A stretch of 32,736 bases of DNA from positions 1-32,736 of the forward strand of contig JAEOUG010000102.1 of the NCBI GenBank assembly GCA_016839445.1, in the 5' to 3' direction. Shown piece after piece: positions 25,866 through 32,736 of this stretch. The stretch is from Candidatus Thorarchaeota archaeon. Lineage in GTDB: Archaea; Asgardarchaeota; Thorarchaeia; Thorarchaeales; Thorarchaeaceae. Under the pieces are notes generated by a model, which saw nothing but the letters and a program-made list of their open reading frames with translations, ran no database searches and was not told the DNA's origin. Position 1 is the first letter of the stretch. Each line of letters begins with the position of its first letter. Both the position numbers and the translations under genes were made by a program.

Positions 25866-27058
25866 TTTTTGTGGAGCTTTTTTTTTCCTTCTTGCTCCCC
25901 ATATTGAGCGAAGCGGGACTGGCGACCAAAGGAGCCACCGCTCAGCCTTGTGCCCTTCTCACCATCTTCCTCTTCTGGAGGAACTTCAGTCGGTGACTTC
26001 CGCGTCTTGCTCCTCTGAGATATCTCAGTAGCCTTTGTAATCGCTCGGTCAATGTCATCTGGAGACGGGGGTTCGAGAAGTCCGCCCCTTCTGGTGCGGT
26101 GGCTGAGGGCTAGCTGAGAGGCAATCTTCATGTCTTCCAGACTGACCTCCATCCTCCCTTCGAAGGCAGCATTGGTTATAGAGGCCTTGCTAATCACGAT
26201 GTCTGGCCTGACTCCATCGACTTCGAGCGCGTCACAGGCCATGGCGATTGCGCGAAGGTGATAATCTTTCAGTACTACATCGCCCAGAATCTGCTTGGCT
26301 TTCTCAATGCGGCTTCTGAGCTCATCCTGTCGATCCGTCCATGCATCACGAAAGGCCATGGGGTCATCCTCGAAAGCCAAGTTCCTACGAACGAGTTCCA
26401 TCCGGTCATCAATGCTGTGCTGTGCCGTCACATTGACGTGGAGGGGGAAGCGATCGAGGAGCTGAGGTCTGAGTTCGCCCTCTTCAGGATTCATCGTCCC
26501 GATGAGCACGAAGTTGGATGGATGAGAGATCGATATGCCCTCTCGCTCGATCACATTGACCTTTGTTGCAGCAGCGTCAAGTAAATCGTCAACAAGATGA
26601 TCTGGCAGTAGATTGACTTCATCTACGTAGAGAACGTTCTGGTGTGCCTCGGCGAGGATTCCCGGTCGGAGAGCTTGGATTCCTTCCTTGAGAACCAGTT
26701 CAATGTCTAGGGAGCCAATGAGTCGATCTTCTGTGGTCGATAGAGGAAGGTTGACAACTCGCATCTTGCGGCTCTTGGTCCTAAGAGTCTCCTTGGACTC
26801 GACTCTCGAAGCACATTCCTCACAGAGGAACTCAGGAGTATCGGGATTGCAGCCGAAGCGGCATCCCTCAACGATACTTACCTCCGGGAGGAGGTCTGCA
26901 AGAGCACGGACAACTGTGGTCTTACCCGTACCCTTTGGACCCGAGATCAAAACGCCACCAATCTGAGGGTTGATGCCATTCAGAACCAAAGCGAGCTTGA
27001 GATTCTCAAGGCCCACTACTGCGGTAAAGGGCATTGTCGCTCGCTTGAGTTCGCTCAT
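25862..27058 (-). CDS. chlI: Magnesium/cobalt chelatase ATPase subunit I-like AAA+ protein (ChlI/BchI family)
   Basis: Motifs [23 protein letters not shown] (Walker A), [36 protein letters not shown] (Walker B), [18 protein letters not shown] and L.HR.RR, followed by an acidic/Pro linker. Confidence 0.93.
   Translation of the reverse strand: MSELKRATMPFTAVVGLENLKLALVLNGINPQIGGVLISGPKGTGKTTVVRALADLLPEVSIVEGCRFGCNPDTPEFLCEECASRVESKETLRTKSRKMRVVNLPLSTTEDRLIGSLDIELVLKEGIQALRPGILAEAHQNVLYVDEVNLLPDHLVDDLLDAAATKVNVIEREGISISHPSNFVLIGTMNPEEGELRPQLLDRFPLHVNVTAQHSIDDRMELVRRNLAFEDDPMAFRDAWTDRQDELRSRIEKAKQILGDVVLKDYHLRAIAMACDALEVDGVRPDIVISKASITNAAFEGRMEVSLEDMKIASQLALSHRTRRGGLLEPPSPDDIDRAITKATEISQRSKTRKSPTEVPPEEEDGEKGTRLSGGSFGRQSRFAQYGEQEGKKKLHKK
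25877..25886 (-). other. Slippery A9G run (A_AAA_AAA / A_AAA_AAG), candidate -1 programmed frameshift site
   Basis: The minus strand reads GGA AAA AAA AAG CTC CAC AAA AAG TGA. The -1 frame reads AAA GCT CCA CAA AAA GTG AGA with no stop, straight into the VWA ORF. Confidence 0.7.
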
Positions 27059-27145
27059 TCCACCACTTCAGATAGGCTATCTACAGCTGATTCCTCTTGA
27101 CAGGCATAAATAAGACTGTTTGTGCACGTAAGGAGAGTGGTCTGG

Positions 27146-28303
27146 TTGATTTCCCACATCACACACCTCGAGTGTCCACAATGTAGGAGAAAGCATTCAG
27201 TTGAAGCGAGTGCAACTTTCTGTGTGTGTGGTTCACCTCTGTTCGCTAGATATGACCTCGCCCGAACAACCGAGGCCGCCAAGAATGAGGAGTTCCCCTC
27301 AGAGATTAACTCCATGTGGAGATATTCGCAGCTCCTCCCGGTGAAGTCCCCCTCATGTATTGTGAGCCTTGGGGAGGGATGGACACCGCTGATTACCTCA
27401 AGACGACTGGGCACACACTTGGGGATGAAGCTTCTCAGGATCAAGGACGAGGGGCAGAATCCAACATCGAGCTTCAAGGACAGAGGACTCTGCGCAGCAA
27501 TATCAAAGCACATAGAGTTGGGCGCCACTGAGTTCGCAATTCCTTCCGCTGGAAATGCAGCCGTTTCAACAAGCGCGTACGCTGCCGCGTCAGGGGCCAA
27601 GGCGCACATCTTCATGCCATCTGACACACCCGAGCCCTTCTTCTCTGAGTGCGAGCTCTTCGGAGCCGAGGTTGTACGAGTTGAAGGCAACATCTCAGAT
27701 GCAGGAGCAGAGATGGCCGCTAGGGGAGGCCAATGGACAGCTCTCTCCACGACAAAGGAACCATACCGCGTTGAAGGGAAGAAGACGCTGGGCTTCGAGA
27801 TATGTGAACAGCTGGGATGGAGAGTCCCTGATGCTGTGATTTGCCCCACAGGCGGCGGCACAGCGGTGATAGGCATCTGGAAGGCATTTGAGGAGCTTGA
27901 ACAGATTGGGCTAATCGGAAGAGAGCGGCCCAAGATGTACGCAGTACAGAGTGAGGGGTGCGCGCCTATCGTGCAAGCCTATGAGAAGGGACTGGAAACG
28001 GTAGAAGCGTGGCATGGGGGAGAAACAGACGCTCTCGGTCTCAGAGTACCAAGTCCCTTTGCGGGAAGACTAATCCTCCAGGCTCTGAGACACTCAGGAG
28101 GAGCAGCCGTGGCCGTCGCAGAACAGGAGATTGCCACCACTAGGCGAATGGCAGGCAGGATGGAAGGAATGGATCTATGCCCCGAAGCGGCAGTGGGCAT
28201 CGCAGGTCTGCGAAACCTGGTTGAGTCAGGGCAAATCGACTACGATGAGGAAGTTGTGCTACTGAACACAGGTAGCGGTTCAAGATACACGAATGTGAGA
28301 TGA
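27146..28303 (+). CDS. thrC: Threonine synthase
   Basis: N-terminal CxxC..C.CG, then MWRY..LLP, SLGEGWTPL, NPTSSFKDRG (PLP Lys), SAGNA, EGKKT and PTGGG. Probable start TTG 27146 after AGGAG. Confidence 0.9.
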   Translation: MISHITHLECPQCRRKHSVEASATFCVCGSPLFARYDLARTTEAAKNEEFPSEINSMWRYSQLLPVKSPSCIVSLGEGWTPLITSRRLGTHLGMKLLRIKDEGQNPTSSFKDRGLCAAISKHIELGATEFAIPSAGNAAVSTSAYAAASGAKAHIFMPSDTPEPFFSECELFGAEVVRVEGNISDAGAEMAARGGQWTALSTTKEPYRVEGKKTLGFEICEQLGWRVPDAVICPTGGGTAVIGIWKAFEELEQIGLIGRERPKMYAVQSEGCAPIVQAYEKGLETVEAWHGGETDALGLRVPSPFAGRLILQALRHSGGAAVAVAEQEIATTRRMAGRMEGMDLCPEAAVGIAGLRNLVESGQIDYDEEVVLLNTGSGSRYTNVR

Positions 28304-28353
28304 CCCGATAACTGCTGAGACAACCACGAGTATTAATAGCTGAAAGCTGATTC

Positions 28354-29535
28354 GTGGTACTGCTTCATCACACGCTGGAGGAAACCAATATCCCAGATTC
28401 ATCCAACGACAGCGAAGGTGAGTACAGGAGCGTAAGGAAGTCCCTGCTTGCTGGAAAAGGGGAATTTGCAGTCATAGCTGTCTTGTTGCTCGTGTATCTC
28501 TACCTGAGATTCACAGGGATAGAAGCCACTTGGATGATACTCTTGGGAATCGTGGTTGGGATATGGCTCGCCTTCAGACCCTCTGAGTGGGCAGTGGAAG
28601 GCATTGAAAGCATATCCGGGCACCTGGGACTCACAGCATACGTGGCGGGAATGCTCACAAGCTTGGCAAGTAACATGCCAGAGGCCGTTATCAGCGGCAT
28701 CGCCGCCTGGGAGGGGTACACGTCAATAAGACCAGAACTTCTGGACATAGCCGTCCTCTCCGTTCTAATCGCTGCAGGTTTCAACATGCTCCTGCTTGGC
28801 TTCACTATCATGATCTCAACGAAGGGAGCAGAGGACATGGACGTGCCCGAAGAAGCCATCAAGAAGGACTCTGTTCTCATTCGCTGGACCATAGTTGCGC
28901 TGCTAAGCATGTTTGCACTCGGAGTAGTCGAACTTGCCTCTTCAGGAGGCGCGAATGACCTCAAGTTTCCTGCCATGGCCTCGCTGGTGTTGTTCTTCTC
29001 GTACCTAATCTACGGGACAGTCCTGACCTCAGGCGATGTTGTCGACGAAAAAGAGGCCGCAGTCCCACATCACTCCAAGCGTTCGGCAGGTATCCTGTCA
29101 CTCATCGGATTCATAGGGATCTTCCTAGCTGGGGAAATCCTAACACATTCCGTGGACGAGCTCCTGACAACACAACATCACATCATCTCAGGACTTGGTG
29201 ACGAGGTGACGATTGCTGCATTCATCTTGGGTGCAGCAGGTGCGCTTCCAGAGCACGGTATCGCATTGATTGCAGCTGCAAAAGGCAAGATAGGAATCGC
29301 TATTGGGAATCTGATTGGAGGTGTCCTCCAGATAGTGTTGCTGGTGATGGGAGGTATTGGAGTCATTGTCCCAATCCCATTGGACCACTATGTCCTTTTC
29401 CAGATCGTCGTCATTGCGGGATCTCTGTGGTTCCTGAAACGGGCAATCACTGATGACCATAGACTCGACTTCTTCGAGGGAGCGATGATTGTGCTACTGC
29501 AGGCGTACGTCTTCGTGTTGCTCCTATCTCAGTGA
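28354..29535 (+). CDS. Ca2+/cation antiporter (CaCA superfamily)
   Basis: About 10-11 TM helices, with alpha-repeat motifs LASNMPE and AGALPEH...GNLIGG. Exact start uncertain. Confidence 0.82.
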   Translation: MVLLHHTLEETNIPDSSNDSEGEYRSVRKSLLAGKGEFAVIAVLLLVYLYLRFTGIEATWMILLGIVVGIWLAFRPSEWAVEGIESISGHLGLTAYVAGMLTSLASNMPEAVISGIAAWEGYTSIRPELLDIAVLSVLIAAGFNMLLLGFTIMISTKGAEDMDVPEEAIKKDSVLIRWTIVALLSMFALGVVELASSGGANDLKFPAMASLVLFFSYLIYGTVLTSGDVVDEKEAAVPHHSKRSAGILSLIGFIGIFLAGEILTHSVDELLTTQHHIISGLGDEVTIAAFILGAAGALPEHGIALIAAAKGKIGIAIGNLIGGVLQIVLLVMGGIGVIVPIPLDHYVLFQIVVIAGSLWFLKRAITDDHRLDFFEGAMIVLLQAYVFVLLLSQ

Positions 29536-30170
29536 CGGTCCAGAATGAAAGGAAGGATTGCTCTTAGGTCATTGTTGCGTATAACAACATCCGCGGCCTG
29601 AGCTACCTCCTCATCCTCAGGATTGAAGGCAACGGATAAGCCCACCACTGAGAATACGCTAACGTCGTTCTTGCCGTCTCCAACGAAGGCCGTATCCTCA
29701 GGCGGTATGGAGAAGTGCTCATTGATGATCTCTATCTCACGGATCTTCTCACCCCACCCGACTAGGACCTCTACCTCACCAGTGAGGATACCATCCACGT
29801 GCAGGAGCTTGTTGGTCAGGGTGTACTCGACCCCCAGCTTACTTGCCACGTGGTTCGCCATTAGGTCAAGCCCCCCAGAGAGAAGGGCCGTATGTATCCC
29901 GTTTTCGTGGAGCGATCTTATTGCATCTTCTGCGCCTGGCGAGATGGCTGTGGCTCTGACAATGTCCATCACCTTCTCCACAGGCCTCCCCTTCCACAAT
30001 CCTGCATCAAGATCAGCCCATTGCTGATAGGAGATCTTGCCGGAGAAATAGAGGTCGAAGTAGGCACCCCCTTCCTCAGTCGTGCCAAAAGCCTCGTGAA
30101 GCCGCCACCAGATGCTCTTGTGGGTAGTCAGAGTCCCATCTACGTCAAAGACAACTAGTTGAATCGCCAT
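29529..30170 (-). CDS. HAD-IB family phosphatase (phosphoserine phosphatase SerB-like)
   Basis: HAD motifs FDVDGTL, LLSGG, K and VGDGKND, plus AFNP. Confidence 0.88.
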   Translation of the reverse strand: MAIQLVVFDVDGTLTTHKSIWWRLHEAFGTTEEGGAYFDLYFSGKISYQQWADLDAGLWKGRPVEKVMDIVRATAISPGAEDAIRSLHENGIHTALLSGGLDLMANHVASKLGVEYTLTNKLLHVDGILTGEVEVLVGWGEKIREIEIINEHFSIPPEDTAFVGDGKNDVSVFSVVGLSVAFNPEDEEVAQAADVVIRNNDLRAILPFILDRH

Positions 30171-30191
30171 AACTGCAACACTCGAAGAGGC

Positions 30192-30857
30192 TTATGATTC
30201 TGCTTCGCGTTCTCGCTCTTCTCGGGCTTCTCGCTCAAGATCTTCCAGGAGCTCGTCGATTCGCTTGTCTTCTGGAGTCCCTGTCTTCGAGGATGATGAG
30301 GCAGCCTCACCTTCAGCTTCCAGAGGTGGCAGTACTCCTTCTTTCTCGAGCAATACCTCGGCCTCCATTGCGTCGAGCTCCCTGTCGATCCGCTCCTCCA
30401 TATCGAGAGTTGTGTCTGCTCCAGTCAGATCTTCTGAGAGAAGCTCACCAGCTATGGAGATGTGTTCAAAGGACTCCGACAGCTTGTCGAGCTGCATCTG
30501 AATCTCTTCCGGCTTCAACATGGACCTAGCCTCGGTGAGAGCATCGTTCGCGATGCTGAATGCTCGAAGAACCTCGGCCTGAGTCTTTGCTTCCTCCAAG
30601 TTCAGTAGAGCGGTCTCAAGTGTGAGGAACTGCTGCTGGTAGCGATTCCTCCGATTCTCCAGGTCGACAACGATGCTGAGGTGGGAACGAGCGAGGGAAC
30701 GATTGCCTTTTGACATGGCTTCCTTGGCGCTTTGCTGCTCCTCAGTCATCCTAGTCTCAAGTCTTCTGACTCTAAGCGTCAGGGCATTCATTGTGCCTTT
30801 CATTTCCAGAATGCCGCGTTCTGCATCGACCTTCTTCTTGCCGCTAAGGAACCCCAT
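30192..30857 (-). CDS. ESCRT-III / Snf7-family protein (Vps20/32/60-like)
   Basis: Basic helical hairpin (LRVRRLE...AKEAMSKGNRSLARSHL...LETALLNLEEA), then V..AF..ANDAL, EEIQ.QLDKL.E, and an acidic tail (EERIDRELDAMEAE...LPPL...IDELLEDLE). Start ATG 30857 or GTG 30866. Confidence 0.85.
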   Translation of the reverse strand: MGFLSGKKKVDAERGILEMKGTMNALTLRVRRLETRMTEEQQSAKEAMSKGNRSLARSHLSIVVDLENRRNRYQQQFLTLETALLNLEEAKTQAEVLRAFSIANDALTEARSMLKPEEIQMQLDKLSESFEHISIAGELLSEDLTGADTTLDMEERIDRELDAMEAEVLLEKEGVLPPLEAEGEAASSSSKTGTPEDKRIDELLEDLEREAREEREREAES

Positions 30858-30973
30858 ATCTTCCACCTAGTAGGTCCTTGTTGTCCTATCTCGTCACCTG
30901 AGCCATTTAAACAATTGTAATCTGTAACGCACAATAGTTATATCACCATAGAATAGACAAATCTCGATTTGAT

Positions 30974-31789
30974 ATGTCCCTTGAGCATTTGCTGAGGAAG
31001 GCACTGCAGCGGGCGAAGGAGCACGTCCTAGAGAACCTCGCATTGGTCGAGGAAAGAACTGGGGATGTCAATCCATACGGAGACCGGACTTTGCTGCTGG
31101 ACCTTCAGGCAGAGAACGAGATTCTGAAGGTGGTTGAGGAATCATCGACGAAGTTCTCCGTCCTCACCGAAGAACAGGGATTCATTTCATCTGGAGGAGA
31201 TCCAGAGTATCTACTGGTGATAGACCCAATTGACGGATCGGCCAACCTTGAACGTGGCATTACCCTGGTTTCAGCAGGAATCTCAGCAATACCATTCTCA
31301 GAGAGAATGACGACAGATGATGTAGAGGTAAGCGTGATTGATTCTTTCTTCACAGAAGAGACCTATGTCGCCGCATCCGGTCAAGGGGTACGCAGAAATG
31401 GAAGGACCGTGCGAGTCTCGAGTCAGGAGCGCATGGAGGACTCTATAATCTCCTATGACACGAAGAGGAAGTGGGACGACGGGTTTGCTCAGTCCTCTCT
31501 AAGGACTATGAGAGCAGTGCACGATATGCGCCGGACTGCATCAAACCTCCTTGATCTGTGTTGGACTGCAGCCGGGTCGCTCGATGCAATGATTGACCTT
31601 CGAGGGCAGCTGCCAATCGTGCATGTCTGCGGAACACACATGGTGGTCGAAGGAGGCGGATATGTTCTTCATGAGTCGGGAGAGAGGTTTCACTTGCCAA
31701 TCGAGCCGGATGTGCGCATGAGCTTCGTCGCTGCCAGCAGTGAAGGCCTAGCTCGCTATCTCCTATCAGCATTCAAGGACAAGTCGTAG
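30974..31789 (+). CDS. Inositol monophosphatase / archaeal FBPase family protein
   Basis: Motifs GD.T...D..AE, VLTEEQG, VIDPIDGSAN, G.G...NG and DLCW.A.G.LDA..D.R. Confidence 0.88.
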   Translation: MSLEHLLRKALQRAKEHVLENLALVEERTGDVNPYGDRTLLLDLQAENEILKVVEESSTKFSVLTEEQGFISSGGDPEYLLVIDPIDGSANLERGITLVSAGISAIPFSERMTTDDVEVSVIDSFFTEETYVAASGQGVRRNGRTVRVSSQERMEDSIISYDTKRKWDDGFAQSSLRTMRAVHDMRRTASNLLDLCWTAAGSLDAMIDLRGQLPIVHVCGTHMVVEGGGYVLHESGERFHLPIEPDVRMSFVAASSEGLARYLLSAFKDKS

Positions 31790-31842
31790 ACATATCCGAA
31801 GTCTTATTTTTGTGACAACGCCGCCTATGGTCGTTGATTCTA

Positions 31843-32652
31843 ATGGCTAAGTCAATGGTTCCACCAGAAGTTGCAGAGAACATGAAGGGCGTGAAGCACA
31901 AGATCGTGGTGCTCTCAGGCAAGGGCGGAGTTGGCAAGACTACTGTTGCCACCAACCTAGCCATGTCGTTTGCCAGGATGGGTAAGACTTCGGGAATTCT
32001 CGATGTGGATATCTACGGACCCAATGTACCGAAGCTAATGGGTCTAGAGGGTCATCATCCGGTTGCAGACGAGAATCGGATACTGCCAATTGAAGGTCCG
32101 CTTGGAGTGCGTGTGATGAGCATGGGTTTTCTACTCAGAAACCCTGATGACGCAGTTGCTTGGAGAGGTCCTCTGGTTGGCAAGGCCATCAGTCAGTTCC
32201 TCTCTGAAGTAAAATGGGATGAACTCGACGTAATGGTTGTAGATCTCCCTCCGGGAACAGGCGACGAGATACTCAGTGTCCTTCAACAGATCCCAGACAT
32301 AGATGGTGTCATCATAGTCTCGACACCGCAGGAGGTTGCAGTGCTTGATGCGAGAAGGGCAATCCAGCTTGTCGAGAGAATGGGGGTTCCGGTTCTTGGC
32401 ATCGTGGAGAATATGGCGGAGTTCGTCTGCCCCGAATGTGGAAAGGCATACAAGATATTCGGCGAGGGTGCAGCGAAGAAGGCGGCAAAGGACTACGGAA
32501 TTGAGCATCTCGGGACTCTACCACTAGATCCTAGAATCATCACTATGAGCGACAAGGGTACTCCTTTTGTCATAGAAGAACCTGAGTCAAAGGCTGCCAA
32601 GGCATTTGCGGAGCTTGTCAGAAGACTGGCAAGCAAGATAGGAATCAAGTAA
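31843..32652 (+). CDS. apbC: Mrp/NBP35 (ApbC) Fe-S cluster carrier ATPase
   Basis: Motifs SGKGGVGKTT, DVDIYGPN.P, MSMGFL, WRGP, DLPPGTGDE, STPQ and ENM..F.CPEC. Confidence 0.95.
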   Translation: MAKSMVPPEVAENMKGVKHKIVVLSGKGGVGKTTVATNLAMSFARMGKTSGILDVDIYGPNVPKLMGLEGHHPVADENRILPIEGPLGVRVMSMGFLLRNPDDAVAWRGPLVGKAISQFLSEVKWDELDVMVVDLPPGTGDEILSVLQQIPDIDGVIIVSTPQEVAVLDARRAIQLVERMGVPVLGIVENMAEFVCPECGKAYKIFGEGAAKKAAKDYGIEHLGTLPLDPRIITMSDKGTPFVIEEPESKAAKAFAELVRRLASKIGIK

Positions 32653-32673
32653 GCCAGAACGGTAAGAAGGGGA

Positions 32674-32736
32674 CTACTCCTCTTCTTCCTCATCTTCCTC
32701 TTCTTCTAGCTCTTCCTCTTCTTCTAGCTCTTCCTC
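32674..32736 (-). CDS. 3' end of a gene encoding a poly-acidic C-terminal tail (continues beyond the window)
   Basis: The minus strand reads EEELEEEEELEEEEDEEEEE-TAG and includes an 18-bp tandem duplication (LEEEEE twice). Confidence 0.6.
   Translation of the reverse strand, partial: EEELEEEEELEEEEDEEEEE

Noticed and set aside
24387-27058. Evidence for chlorophyll synthesis or photosynthesis
   Set aside because: ChlI/ChlD homologs are widespread in non-phototrophs, and there is no chlH or other bch gene in the window.
27055-27933. 292-aa minus-strand ORF that appears to abut chlI
   Set aside because: It lies almost entirely antisense to thrC and has no motifs.
30840-30857. Vps20-like N-myristoylation signal (Met-Gly) on the ESCRT-III protein
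   Set aside because: N-myristoyltransferase is not established in archaea and the start codon is uncertain; an amphipathic helix 0 is the simpler reading.
32677-32736. Short direct repeats at the window end as a CRISPR array or satellite
   Set aside because: The 18-bp unit has no spacers and is explained by poly-Glu codons on the minus strand.

Overview
Gene-dense archaeal chromosomal segment with about 33 CDS, short intergenic gaps, GGTGA/GGAGG ribosome-binding sites, frequent GTG/TTG starts and TTWWA-type TATA boxes. A Snf7/ESCRT-III gene, a histone-fold gene and several eukaryote-like domains point to an Asgard archaeon, probably Thorarchaeia (inference). Housekeeping and metabolic genes: dapA-family lyase, cutA, MBL hydrolase, DUF123 GIY-YIG nuclease, AOR plus ferredoxin, ilvE, gdhA, a divergent PRPP synthetase, udp, surE, an AIR-synthase-family protein, thrC, a CaCA antiporter, a HAD phosphatase, IMPase/FBPase and Mrp/ApbC. 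Main points of interest: (1) a chlI/chlD chelatase-type AAA+/VWA locus split at an A9 slippery run, where a -1 frameshift gives an 890-aa fusion with an unexpected two-helix hydrophobic insert between the AAA+ and VWA parts; (2) a coupled pair of giant unknown helical proteins (887 and 814 aa), the first apparently starting with a Roadblock/longin-like domain; (3) a 56-aa histone missed by the ORF track, behind a palindromic TATA box and divergent from a membrane-anchored HhH protein; (4) a possible membrane-remodelling or trafficking set scattered through the window: an orphan ESCRT-III, a CdvA-like tandem-repeat coiled coil, a tandem GRAM/PH plus Zn-ribbon protein and two GOLD-like membrane paralogs. 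I saw no rRNA, tRNA, CRISPR array or mobile element. All family calls come from motifs recognised by eye; no database searches were run.
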